Source: an uncultured Hyphomicrobiales bacterium
GTDB lineage: Bacteria > Bacteroidota > Ignavibacteria > Kapaibacteriales > UBA2268
DNA length: 64,000 nucleotides
NCBI GenBank assembly: GCA_964454445.1
Contig: CAYVTD010000001.1
Location: 62,121-126,120, forward strand
Reading direction: 5' to 3'
Notes under the pieces: generated by a model
Database searches by the model: none
Seen by the model: the letters and a program-made list of their open reading frames with translations, nothing else
What the model was told of the DNA's origin: nothing
Made by a program: the position numbers and the translations under genes
Shown: in pieces, positions 20,280 through 30,525 of the stretch
How the letters are laid out: each line of letters opens with the position of its first letter
Numbering within the stretch: the first letter of the stretch is position 1

Positions 20280-22094
20280 CTAAATCCTTGTTTTTAACTT
20301 ACGATTATTAGGATCAAGCTCCTTTTTTCTTAATCGAATAGCCTTGGGAGTAGCTTCGATAAGTTCATCTTCAGCAATAAACTCAATAGCTTGATCAAGA
20401 GACAAAATCCTTGGGGGGCGGAGAGTAACAGTTGCATCTGAATTAGAGGCACGCATATTTGTTAACTTCTTCGGCTTAGTTATGTTCACATTTAGATCCA
20501 TTGCCTTGTTTCTTTCTCCTATTATCATTCCACAATATACTTGCGTTCCGGTTTCAATAAACAATTCGCCTCTGTCTTCCATTCCAAAGGCAGCATAAGC
20601 AGTTGCCCTGCCTGTTCTGTCTGCGACCATAGCGCCTGTATTTCTTTGCGGGATAGGTCCGAACCAGGGTTCGTAACCCTCAAACAGTGTGTTCATAACG
20701 CCTGCACCCCTAGTTTCTGTTAAGAACTGGCTTCTAAAACCGATTAAGCCACGAGAGGGAATAACAAACTCGATTTGCACGCGTCTCGAATTATTGTTTA
20801 GCATCTTCATCATCCTTCCTTTCCGCGTTAATAGCTTTTCGGTGATGATACCGGCGTATTCTTCGGGCAAATCAATGTAAACGTGTTCAGTCGGTTCGTT
20901 TATAACACCATCGATTTCTTTCGTGATGACTTGCGGCTTGGAAGCCATAAGCTCGTATCCTTCCCGACGCATCATTTCGATTAAAATAGCCATTTGCAAT
21001 TCGCCTCTGCCCGCTACCTCGAATGCGTCGGTTCGGTCTGGCAGTGGAGTAACCCTCAATGATACGTTTGTAAGTGTTTCTTTCATCAATCTGGCACGTA
21101 AATGCCGGGATGTTAAAAACTTGCCTTCAAGACCAGCAAAAGGCGACGTATTAACGTAAAAGACCATCGAGACTGTTGGCTCGTCAACTTCAATTCTTGG
21201 AAGTGGTTTTGGTTCCTCTAAATCGGAGATAGTATCTCCGATTTGTGCATTATCGAGTCCGGCAATACAAATAATATCTCCGGAGACTACTCTCTCGACA
21301 GATTTTTTCTTCAAACCATGGAAAGTGTATAAAGCTGAAAATTTTACACCTTTTTGATAGCTTTCCTTGCCGCAAAGTGTGTATTGTTTATTCATTTCCA
21401 AGATTCCGTTTTCGAGACGTCCTATCAATAGCTGTCCAACATAAGGATCATAATCAAGTGAGGTTACAAGAAACTGAGGTTTTTCTTCGTCGCTTGCTAT
21501 GGGTCCTTTAATAAAATTGATAATTTCTTCAAATAAAGGTTGTAAAGTAGTCGAGCCGTCGTTAAGTTCCTTGTGAGCGATACCTGCTTTTGCTATAGTA
21601 TATAATATTGGGAATTCGATTTGTTCATCATCGGCGCCAAGGTCGATAAAAAGGTCGTAAACTTCTTCTAAGACTTCTTCGATGCGAGCGTCTTGGCGGT
21701 CAATTTTATTTATTACAAGAATAATTGGAAGCTTTTTGGCTAGAGCTTTCATCACAACAAATCTGGTCTGTGGCAAAGGACCTTCGCTAGCATCAACGAG
21801 TAAGATAGCACCATCAACAAGAGACAAACTCCGCTCTACCTCACCACCGAAATCAGCGTGCCCAGGTGTATCCATTATGTTTATCTTTACATCTTTATAC
21901 CAAATAGAAGTATTTTTTGCCATTATGGTAATACCTCGTTCCCTTTCGAGGTCCATCGAGTCCATTACGCGTTCGTTAACTTCTTCATTATCTCGAAATG
22001 CCCCGCTTTGCCCTAATAGTCCATCAACAAGTGTAGTTTTTCCGTGATCTACATGTGCAATAATTGCAATATTTCTGAAATCTTCTTTCTGCAT
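20280..22094 (-). CDS. typA: translational GTPase TypA/BipA
   Basis: NIAIIAHVDHGKTTLVD G1 motif, DTPGHADF, NKIDR. 604 aa with the EF-G-like domain order. Confidence 0.9.
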   Translation of the reverse strand: MQKEDFRNIAIIAHVDHGKTTLVDGLLGQSGAFRDNEEVNERVMDSMDLERERGITIMAKNTSIWYKDVKINIMDTPGHADFGGEVERSLSLVDGAILLVDASEGPLPQTRFVVMKALAKKLPIILVINKIDRQDARIEEVLEEVYDLFIDLGADDEQIEFPILYTIAKAGIAHKELNDGSTTLQPLFEEIINFIKGPIASDEEKPQFLVTSLDYDPYVGQLLIGRLENGILEMNKQYTLCGKESYQKGVKFSALYTFHGLKKKSVERVVSGDIICIAGLDNAQIGDTISDLEEPKPLPRIEVDEPTVSMVFYVNTSPFAGLEGKFLTSRHLRARLMKETLTNVSLRVTPLPDRTDAFEVAGRGELQMAILIEMMRREGYELMASKPQVITKEIDGVINEPTEHVYIDLPEEYAGIITEKLLTRKGRMMKMLNNNSRRVQIEFVIPSRGLIGFRSQFLTETRGAGVMNTLFEGYEPWFGPIPQRNTGAMVADRTGRATAYAAFGMEDRGELFIETGTQVYCGMIIGERNKAMDLNVNITKPKKLTNMRASNSDATVTLRPPRILSLDQAIEFIAEDELIEATPKAIRLRKKELDPNNRKLKTRI

Positions 22095-22162
22095 AATAGT
22101 TTTGCTTTCTGGTAATTTTTTAAAAATGCAAAATTACAAATAAGCAGTGAGTGAGCAAAACC

Positions 22163-23857
22163 TTAGATTTTTTTTATTGCAACTAAAGTAAGATCATCAT
22201 ATTGCATTGCGGAACCGGCAAAAGCATTAACTTCGTTAACAATGGTTTCGCATATTTGTTTTGCGTTTTTAAAACGGTTGGTTTTAAGAACATTGATTAA
22301 CGAATCATCTCCAAATTCTTCGTTTTTTGGATTGCGGGCTTCATTAATTCCGTCGGTATAGAGCAATATAATATCGTTATGAGTCAATTCGACTCTACCG
22401 ATTTCATAAGGAATTTCTGCATCAGTAAATCCAAGGATCAATCCGCCCTGATTCAGTTCTGTGATATTATTTTTTACGTCGAGAAGGTACGGTGGGTTAT
22501 GTCCGGCATTAATATAAGTGAAAGAATTGTCGCTAGTGTCGATATATCCGCAAAAAAAGGTAACAAATTTGTCAGAAGCGGTGTTTTCGTAAAGAATCTT
22601 GTTTATCCCATAAATTAATCGTGGTAAAGTGTCTGCAAATGGAGTCAATGCACGTAGAGCCGCTTGCACATTTGCCATTAAAAGCGATGCTGGCAATCCC
22701 TTTCCAGACACATCGGCAATGGCAACAAGCAAGCGATTTTTATCCAAGTGAATAAAATCGAAATAGTCGCCTCCGACCTGTCTCGATGGGATAGATAGCC
22801 CAAAAATATCCCATCCGGCAATGTCGGGCTTTGTCTTAGGGAGAAGATTTTTCTGAATTTCGAGAGCGGTATTCATTTCAGTTTCAAGCCGTTTCTTTTC
22901 GAGCTCTTGACGGAAAAGACGTTCGTTTTCGAGTGCAGATATGGCACTATTGCCCAAAGCACTAAGAAATTGTAAATCTTCTTCGCTGTAATCTTCTTTA
23001 TTTAATTTTTTACCGACAATTAAAACACCTTTCGCAAGCCCTTGCACATACATTGGAGAAATCGCTGCAATACCGTTTTTTCTGAATAAATTGGCGTATT
23101 CAGGATTTAATATGGCAGAGGAAAGAGTTGTTGTTTCCACATTTTTAAGCAATTCGATAATTTCAGGATTCAATTCTCCTTCAAACCTGTTAATGATTGG
23201 TTCATTAAAACTATTTTCGTTGGCAAGAAGCAAGGCAAATTTCGTTAGCATAAGATGACCCATCAGCCGATAGGAAAGCATCTTGAGGATTTCATTTTTT
23301 GATAGAAGCGAACTGAAGTCATTGCTTATCTCGAAAAGAGTATTTAGCATTAAATTACGCTTTTCGATATTATTTTTAGCATTTTCGAGCGAAGAATAAT
23401 TACGTGCATTCTGCAAGGAAATGGCGGCAATAGTTGTTACGAGTCTGGCATAAAGCGCTTCTTCAGGCGAAATCTCGTCGCTTACTATTCGTTTGCCGAG
23501 GCAAACAAGAGCGAGGAGTTCGCCACGATAAACAACAGGCGCGGCGCTCTCGAAGCCGGCTATTTTCAATATTTGTTCGCATTCGCTTGCATTGCCAAGT
23601 ATTTTTAGGCAGTGCCCACACAAAATTTCAGATTTCAAAGTGGGGATAACCTTGCTTGTGCTACTGCCTTTACTTATAAACAAATTCAGTTCACTATTGT
23701 TAGCGCTTCGCACATAGACACTCCCGCTGAAAACTCGAAGCTTGCCCATTAAGCTGAGAAGCACGGAATTTAAAATGAATTGTGTATCGTAAGTCTCATT
23801 CAAGCGGGCGCTTAGCTCGAAGAGTGAATCCAAGTTTATCGGGATTTTATTTTCCAA
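22163..23857 (-). CDS. GAF-domain PP2C-type (SpoIIE/RsbU-like) serine phosphatase
   Basis: N-terminal GAF-like regions and a C-terminal PP2C core (GGDYFDF, AIADVSGKGLPASLLM, TDGINEA). Confidence 0.7.
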   Translation of the reverse strand: MENKIPINLDSLFELSARLNETYDTQFILNSVLLSLMGKLRVFSGSVYVRSANNSELNLFISKGSSTSKVIPTLKSEILCGHCLKILGNASECEQILKIAGFESAAPVVYRGELLALVCLGKRIVSDEISPEEALYARLVTTIAAISLQNARNYSSLENAKNNIEKRNLMLNTLFEISNDFSSLLSKNEILKMLSYRLMGHLMLTKFALLLANENSFNEPIINRFEGELNPEIIELLKNVETTTLSSAILNPEYANLFRKNGIAAISPMYVQGLAKGVLIVGKKLNKEDYSEEDLQFLSALGNSAISALENERLFRQELEKKRLETEMNTALEIQKNLLPKTKPDIAGWDIFGLSIPSRQVGGDYFDFIHLDKNRLLVAIADVSGKGLPASLLMANVQAALRALTPFADTLPRLIYGINKILYENTASDKFVTFFCGYIDTSDNSFTYINAGHNPPYLLDVKNNITELNQGGLILGFTDAEIPYEIGRVELTHNDIILLYTDGINEARNPKNEEFGDDSLINVLKTNRFKNAKQICETIVNEVNAFAGSAMQYDDLTLVAIKKI

Positions 23858-23919
23858 ATTTACAACCTTTTTTTATCAAATTTCTCTATTTAGTAACAAT
23901 AATATTTTGAGGAGTATCC

Positions 23920-24219
23920 TCAGTTAAAATCCCATTGGAGAAGTTGTGCATCCCAACTAATCCAATGCTTAAAATCAGCAATTTTATTAAGATGATTAGC
24001 AAAAAAAGTCAGCCTTTTTGGGATATTATGGACAAAAATAGAACCTGTCGGCTTGGCAACCCTTACCATTTCACTTATCCAACTTTCGCACCAGATAATA
24101 TATTCCTGAATCTTCAGGCTATCTTTATAAGTTTTGTACTCCTTTTTTAAATTAAACGATGTATCAGCAAAAGTTACATCAACAGAATCGTCGGGTATAT
24201 CTTTAAAAATTCTAAACAA
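23920..24219 (-). pseudogene. truncated beta-class N6/N4 DNA methyltransferase remnant (N-terminal ~99 aa only)
   Basis: IPDDSVDVTFADTSFN aligns to the MTase motif IV region (..DSVDLI..DPPYN), with DPPY replaced by DTSF. Downstream, KPTGSIFVHN matches the LSPTGSI.. block of M.RsrI-like enzymes. The ORF stops after 99 aa and lacks the FxGxG SAM-binding motif and the TRD. Confidence 0.45.
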
Positions 24220-24598
24220 TCCCCTTGAATTATTGTATTCAAATATTTGTCTATCATTTAAAATTTTTCCTGATTACTTTTTTAAGTCTTTCTATCTCAT
24301 CTTCTTGAAACTCGGCATTATAGAAATAAAATGTATTCTTTTCGATTACTGTCTTGAATTTTGTGTTATTATTTTTATTTTTTGTTTTCAAGATTATTAG
24401 TTTTATTTATTCTTAAAATGAATTTTACCAATTTAATAATAATTACCATTTTTTTAGACAATTTTTTAGTTAAAACATTTTAATCCTTCGAAAAAAGAAA
24501 AACAAAAGAAAATTACTCAACGACCTGCACATAAAATCTCTCTTCGTCTTTGGCACAAGATTTGTTTAATTCTTTAATATTCTAAGTAAGAAAAAAAT

Positions 24599-27500
24599 AT
24601 GAAAACAAAGAAAAATAAATATTCATATATTCTCCTTATTCTCTTTTTATCCATAACCGGCATAAATCAGAAGAGTTATGCCCAGGATATCACTCAAAAC
24701 CTGGTTGTTTACCTACCTTTCGAATGTAGCCCGAAAGACAATAGCGGAAATGGGTACGATGGCATTATTAGAGGCGATCCTCAATGTGTAACCGGTAAAA
24801 TAGGAATGGCATATAAATTCGATGGTATCGACGATTTCATCGAATTGCCAGCCGAACATACTTTGGAATACATTTCGGCAAATGGTTTTTCCTGGTCGAT
24901 GTGGTTTAATTGCTCGAAGATTCCGACAACAATGGCAGCTGGACCAAGCAGCATCTTGCTTTCAGTGGCAGATGACCGCTTGAATGAGGACATTCATCTC
25001 GGCTTTGGCTCGCTGCTATCAAGGGGTAACCAATTTGTTTTCCAAGTAGATGGTTTGGGAGGATTTGGCGGATCGATGTTCTCTCCGCTTACTTATCAGC
25101 CTCCGGGCAATTGGCAAGAAAATGTGTGGTACCATATTTTCGCTGTTCGTGATTACAATTCCAATCAGGTAATATTATATTTAAACGGAACAGAAGTTGC
25201 GAGAACCACATTTACAGGCGACCCAATCAACCGGCAGATGTTTGCAGCTGTCGCGGCTTTTTTTGATGGAAAACCAAGTGTGTTTTTTAATGGAATAATT
25301 GATGAGGTCCGTATTTATAACCGGGCAATAACTCCTGAAGAAGTAAAGCTGATATATGAAATAAGCCCTGATAATCTGACTGCCTACCCTAATCCTTTAG
25401 ATTTCGGCGCAGTTTTTTGCAGCAAAGATTCTTCACAGTTTATAACTTTAAAAAATAATTCTTCGGCATATATAAATATAACAGAAATCAAGTTATCTCG
25501 AGGCAAAGACTTTCAAATCGCAGGCTCAGTTCCTCTTGACATCGCCCCTAATGATTCGGTTAAGATTAATATATTGCTAACTACCCAAGCAGCAGGCATA
25601 TACTACGACACATTAATTGTTAAAAACAGAAATACCATACCTGAATTAAAGGTATTAATTTCAGCAGAAAAAGGCAATCTTAGCTATACCATTAATGGAG
25701 TTAACAATAATAAAATTGATTTTGGCGTTCTCTGCCCTGGCGAAAGCAAGGATACAAGTTTTAGCATAACAACAAATGCCTCTATAAAAACAAAATTTTT
25801 TGGCGAAATATCGCCACCTTTTTCCTTTCTCGATACTGCCATTGCTAATAATTCGACAGAGTTCGACACGGTTGAAACCCGCAATGTGCCTATTCATTTC
25901 GAAGGAAATGCCACCGAAGGAAAAATCTTGGGCATTATGACAATCACTGACCCTTGTGATGAAAAGATATATATCGAATTGACTGCCGATATCCATACCC
26001 CCGCTTTCCAAGTTGAAAGTCCACCAGAAATAGAAATTTGCCCGGGAATGCCCTTCGATAGGATTATTACAATCAAGAATAAGGACAACCAAGCTCTCGA
26101 TTTCTGGCTAAGCGGCACTAATCCTTTATTTTCATTTCAAGATACGGTATTTGTTGATATTGGCAAATCAAAAAATGTGATTGTCCGCTTTGCAGGAAGT
26201 GACTATGGCGGCACTTACACAACTGATATTACACTTGCAACACATTGTGGAATAGACACAACAATTACTCTAACCATTAAAACAAGTGAAATACTCATTG
26301 GATTGAAGCCCGATACGCTCGATTTTGGTGATGTGGTGCTTTGCAATCCCGATACAATCTTGACTCTGGGTATGAGCATTACCAACGAAAATATTGCTAT
26401 TAGACCTATAATGGTTACTAATATAACCATGCCCCGCGAATTCTTTACTTCTATGGACTTAGGCGAAAAATTCAATATCGGTGAGGAACAGACTTACGAG
26501 GTCTATTTCTTTCCAAGAGCGCCGGGTTTGTTCGAAGGCTATATGGAAATAACTTTTGACACTTGCGATGTCAAGAAACGTTTTTTTATTCGCGGACATG
26601 CGAAAAATGTTGAGATGCAAGTAAACAATGAACTCGATTTTGGCAGAGTCATTATAGGCAACACAAAGGATTCTGTTATTGTATTTAAAAATACAGAAAC
26701 AGCTGATTTAATGCTCGAAGAATTTTTTCCTCTTGTCGGTCCCCAATTTGAAATCACTGGATTGAGTAAAACCATTCCTTGCGTGCTTGCCGGAGGAGAT
26801 TCACTCGTTATTTATATAAGATTTAAAGCCGAAGAAGGTATTTTTAACGATACAATCAGAATAAAAGGCAGTTCGCCTTGTGATGTTTTCGATTTTACAA
26901 TACCAATCCAAGGAGAAGGTGTTTGGAAAGCTTATGTTAAAATCATAATTCCAGAGAACCTCAAAGCAGCACCAGGCAATATCCTCAATCTCCCCGTTCA
27001 ATTGGCTGAAGAAATCGACCTTGCTAAATCAAAAATCATGGGTTTCAAGGCTGTTTTAAGTGTAAATCCTACTTTGTTAATACCAAAATACCCAACCCCA
27101 GACGGTTTTTTGGAGAATAGACGCTTAAAAATTAATATCGAACTGCCACCTGAAACACTCGACGACAACATAACCCTTGCATTCTTTCCTTTCAAAGTGG
27201 CTCTTGGCAATAATGATAGAGATACAATCATTATTTCTGATATTTACCCCATAGCGGGCTATACAGATATCGATTCCTCTGCGGGAATTTTTACTCTTGA
27301 TAATGTCTGCTATGAAAATGGTCCTCGTCTTTTCGAATCGGTCGAGAGCTTGGAGCTAATGCCTGTCAAGCCAAACCCTGCCCAAGACATTGCTGAAATT
27401 GAGTTTGAAATAATTGAAGATGCAGTTACGGAAGTTTATATAATTGATATATTTGGCTTAAAAAGAGCAGAAATTTTAAACAAGTATATGAAAGCGGGTA

Positions 27501-27607
27501 GATATTCGCTTATTTTTGATATTTCTCAACTGCCAACAGGTTGCTATTTCTATATTTTAAAGACCTTAACCCAAATGAAATCGGGGAAGTTGCAAATTAG
27601 CAGATAA
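24599..27607 (+). CDS. T9SS-secreted surface protein with N-terminal LamG/concanavalin-A-like lectin domain
   Basis: Signal peptide. LamG-like region (GNGYDG...KFDGIDDFIELP...WSMWF...DEVRIYNRA). C-terminal PNPA...GCYFYILKT is a T9SS sorting domain. Confidence 0.6.
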   Translation: MKTKKNKYSYILLILFLSITGINQKSYAQDITQNLVVYLPFECSPKDNSGNGYDGIIRGDPQCVTGKIGMAYKFDGIDDFIELPAEHTLEYISANGFSWSMWFNCSKIPTTMAAGPSSILLSVADDRLNEDIHLGFGSLLSRGNQFVFQVDGLGGFGGSMFSPLTYQPPGNWQENVWYHIFAVRDYNSNQVILYLNGTEVARTTFTGDPINRQMFAAVAAFFDGKPSVFFNGIIDEVRIYNRAITPEEVKLIYEISPDNLTAYPNPLDFGAVFCSKDSSQFITLKNNSSAYINITEIKLSRGKDFQIAGSVPLDIAPNDSVKINILLTTQAAGIYYDTLIVKNRNTIPELKVLISAEKGNLSYTINGVNNNKIDFGVLCPGESKDTSFSITTNASIKTKFFGEISPPFSFLDTAIANNSTEFDTVETRNVPIHFEGNATEGKILGIMTITDPCDEKIYIELTADIHTPAFQVESPPEIEICPGMPFDRIITIKNKDNQALDFWLSGTNPLFSFQDTVFVDIGKSKNVIVRFAGSDYGGTYTTDITLATHCGIDTTITLTIKTSEILIGLKPDTLDFGDVVLCNPDTILTLGMSITNENIAIRPIMVTNITMPREFFTSMDLGEKFNIGEEQTYEVYFFPRAPGLFEGYMEITFDTCDVKKRFFIRGHAKNVEMQVNNELDFGRVIIGNTKDSVIVFKNTETADLMLEEFFPLVGPQFEITGLSKTIPCVLAGGDSLVIYIRFKAEEGIFNDTIRIKGSSPCDVFDFTIPIQGEGVWKAYVKIIIPENLKAAPGNILNLPVQLAEEIDLAKSKIMGFKAVLSVNPTLLIPKYPTPDGFLENRRLKINIELPPETLDDNITLAFFPFKVALGNNDRDTIIISDIYPIAGYTDIDSSAGIFTLDNVCYENGPRLFESVESLELMPVKPNPAQDIAEIEFEIIEDAVTEVYIIDIFGLKRAEILNKYMKAGRYSLIFDISQLPTGCYFYILKTLTQMKSGKLQISR

Positions 27608-27634
27608 AACATTAAGAATTTATTATATATATAA

Positions 27635-30112
27635 ATGAAAAACTCGACGCTAATAATCTTTCTTGTGTTTGCAAGCCTGCTCGCAATGCCGGCTATTGCA
27701 CAAGTAGATACATTGCGTCCCCGTTACGGTTTATCAGCAGGAGCGAATTCCAACTATCATTTCGCCGATTTTCGCGCCATACCCGGTGTGCCAAACTGCT
27801 GCCCTGTTTTTGAAAACGGATATGGCTTTGCCCCTTATGCTGTCGCCCTTATCGAATATCCAATCAACGATTTATTCTTGCTTGGCTTAAAAGCAGGTTA
27901 TTCCAACGAATCGGCTATATTGACAAAAGAAGAGCAAACCACAGTTATGGTCGCTCTAAAAGAGACAAATGGTGTTTTTGAACACGAAATTAATGCAAAA
28001 TTAGCTGGAATAGTCGTCGAGCCAACTCTTGCTTATCGATTAACTAGCGATTTTTATGCTTTTGCAGGCTTCCAGGCAGGATTTATTTTGCAAAAAGATT
28101 TCGAGCAAATCGAAAGAATCGTTAAACCTGAAAACACAGGTGTTTTCATCGATACAAGAACGCGCGAGCGAAATTACCAAACTGGTGAAATACCTAATAC
28201 TCAAATCTTTACTGGAGGGGTAAAACTTGGTTGTTTCTATGAGTTACCAATGAATAGCAAGAAAACTTTTTTAATTGTTCCCGAAATTTCAATAAACATT
28301 GGTCTCATCGACATTGTGAAAGAAGTAAGTTGGAAACCATCAGCTATTTCTGCAGGAATTTCACTAAAATATACTCCTTTTGAAACTGTTTATATGCACA
28401 AACAGTTGTTTTATATCGATACTGCAAGAATAAAAACAAATACCCACAGCCAACCTCAATTTGTTTATGGAAAACCAATAATCAACAATTCAGAAAAAGA
28501 AGTGAAAGACAGTGTCTTTTATATTCAAGAAGTTACAAGAACAGACACGCTTTTTCTGCCAAAAACAAGAAGCGAAAGAATAAGCGAGAGAATAGATACA
28601 ACAAGCGTATTTAGCAAAGATGTTGATACTCCAACTGTTGTAATTGGGAAATATTTCGAAAGAAGCAGGGAATTGCCCGGACCAGATACTATTCTAGTTT
28701 TAAAAGAGCAATTTCGCACAGACTCCTTGCTTAAACCAATGCGTAGAGTTAATGTCAGCGAATCAATTGCCGACACGATAAAAAAACTAAGTCCTGACAT
28801 TGACGATACGATGATTGTCAAAGGACAAGAAAAGGAAAGTTTAAGAGAAGTAGGCGAGGGAGAAACTCTTTTCGTTTATAAAACCATATCCAGAACTGAT
28901 ACTTTGTTGATACCTGATTATTCTGGTATCAAGCTGAAAGCCGGCATTGCTGTTTATGGCTTATTGCCTTCGCGAGATACAGTGCCTTTGCAAAATATCA
29001 CCTTGCGCATGCAATATACAACAGAGGTCTATCCTTTGTTGCCATACATATTTTTCGATGCCAATTCATCAATTATTCCAAAAAGGTACAAGCAATTAAC
29101 CCCTGATGCCCAATTTTATCAAGAGGATATCGAACCTAACCCAATGCGAATCCATTATAATTGCTTGAATATCATTGCAGACAGAATGAACAAACAATCA
29201 GTTTCAGCAATTACAATTCGCGGCTTTGCTGACCCTTACACAGAGCCAAATAATTGCGAACTTGCTCTCAAAAGAGCCAATGCAATCAAAGAGTATCTTG
29301 TTAGCCGCGGAGCTGCGCCTGAAAAAATCACAGTTGTTGCAAGCAAAACAAATTGCTATTCTCCAAAGCCAACAAGGAGCGACAATGAACTCGGTTATTC
29401 GGAAAACCGCCAAGCAGTTATCGAATCAGATGACCAGCAAATACTTTCACCCGTTTATGGCAGACGTTACCTTAACCCAATGAATATTATGCCCGATACG
29501 CTGCTATTTAATCCTGAAGGATCATCTAAACGAATAATCTCAAGATGGATGCTTTCTGTTACACAAACAGGACAAACCATACTTTACAAGCAAGGAGAAG
29601 GAAGACCTGTAATCGTTAAATATGGATTTAATGAAAAAGACGCTAAGAAATTAAAACCGGATTTGCCAATTAATATCGAATATAAGGTCTTTGATGACAA
29701 TGGAGAAGTGTCGATAGCAGTCGAACCTCTTGGCATAGTTAGAGAAACAGATAATTATGAGATTGAGAGGCTTTCGCTTACTTTGTTCCCGATTGGACAA
29801 AATACACTAACCGACGAAATGCGTCGCCAGACCTTAGAATTCCTCAAAGGACTCGATAGACAATCGACAATAGGAATTAAAGCATATTGCGATATGCTCG
29901 GAGGCGAAAAGACCAATAAATTCCTTGCTGAAACACGTGCCGAAGAAATCTATCGCTTCATTCGCCGCAGCGCTCCTTCGGCAAGGATAACAGATGTGAA
30001 AGCTTATGCAGAAAAATACTTTCCTCCGGGCATTTCTTCATATAATTTACCTGAAGAACGTTTTTTAAGCAGAACTGTCGCCATCGAAATCAGGAAGCGA
30101 AGATCCCCATAA
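27635..30112 (+). CDS. outer-membrane protein with two C-terminal OmpA-like peptidoglycan-binding domains
   Basis: Signal peptide plus beta-rich N-terminus. Two OmpA-like modules (RGFADPYTEPNNCELALKRANAIKEYL and AYCDMLGGEKTNKFLAETRAEEIYRFI). Confidence 0.5.
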   Translation: MKNSTLIIFLVFASLLAMPAIAQVDTLRPRYGLSAGANSNYHFADFRAIPGVPNCCPVFENGYGFAPYAVALIEYPINDLFLLGLKAGYSNESAILTKEEQTTVMVALKETNGVFEHEINAKLAGIVVEPTLAYRLTSDFYAFAGFQAGFILQKDFEQIERIVKPENTGVFIDTRTRERNYQTGEIPNTQIFTGGVKLGCFYELPMNSKKTFLIVPEISINIGLIDIVKEVSWKPSAISAGISLKYTPFETVYMHKQLFYIDTARIKTNTHSQPQFVYGKPIINNSEKEVKDSVFYIQEVTRTDTLFLPKTRSERISERIDTTSVFSKDVDTPTVVIGKYFERSRELPGPDTILVLKEQFRTDSLLKPMRRVNVSESIADTIKKLSPDIDDTMIVKGQEKESLREVGEGETLFVYKTISRTDTLLIPDYSGIKLKAGIAVYGLLPSRDTVPLQNITLRMQYTTEVYPLLPYIFFDANSSIIPKRYKQLTPDAQFYQEDIEPNPMRIHYNCLNIIADRMNKQSVSAITIRGFADPYTEPNNCELALKRANAIKEYLVSRGAAPEKITVVASKTNCYSPKPTRSDNELGYSENRQAVIESDDQQILSPVYGRRYLNPMNIMPDTLLFNPEGSSKRIISRWMLSVTQTGQTILYKQGEGRPVIVKYGFNEKDAKKLKPDLPINIEYKVFDDNGEVSIAVEPLGIVRETDNYEIERLSLTLFPIGQNTLTDEMRRQTLEFLKGLDRQSTIGIKAYCDMLGGEKTNKFLAETRAEEIYRFIRRSAPSARITDVKAYAEKYFPPGISSYNLPEERFLSRTVAIEIRKRRSP

Positions 30113-30514
30113 TAGCTTATCGACAGCTATTTTTTGATAGGAGAGCCCTTTCCGCAGGGCAATATCACCAAAAAATCCAAATTCTTTGATTATTGGCTTA
30201 CGAAAATCAGTTTCATCGAAATTAATTGTTTCTGTTGCCTTCTCCGCGATTATTCCTAATTTGATAAGTTTATCTATGTGATGTGTTTTTAGCACTATAA
30301 TTCTTGTACTTAACAGTTTCTGCGAGGCTTCTCCAGTTAAGCTTTTTTTTATGTCAATTACGGATATCAACTCCCCATGATAATTTAATTCACCGGCAAA
30401 AATTGTTGAACTCTTATGTTTGCTTGCAAGAGGCACAAGCGGTATTACTTCAATGATATTCATCGAGTGAATGATATAATAGTTATCATCAATTTGAAAT
30501 TGCAAGTAAAGCAT
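30065..30514 (-). CDS. cheW: chemotaxis coupling protein CheW
   Basis: 149 aa, CheW-like fold pattern (GELNYHGELISVIDIKK...RIIVLK). Its 3' end overlaps the convergent upstream gene by 48 bp. Confidence 0.6.
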   Translation of the reverse strand: MLYLQFQIDDNYYIIHSMNIIEVIPLVPLASKHKSSTIFAGELNYHGELISVIDIKKSLTGEASQKLLSTRIIVLKTHHIDKLIKLGIIAEKATETINFDETDFRKPIIKEFGFFGDIALRKGLSYQKIAVDKLLWGSSLPDFDGDSSA

Positions 30515-30525
30515 TCATTAATCTC

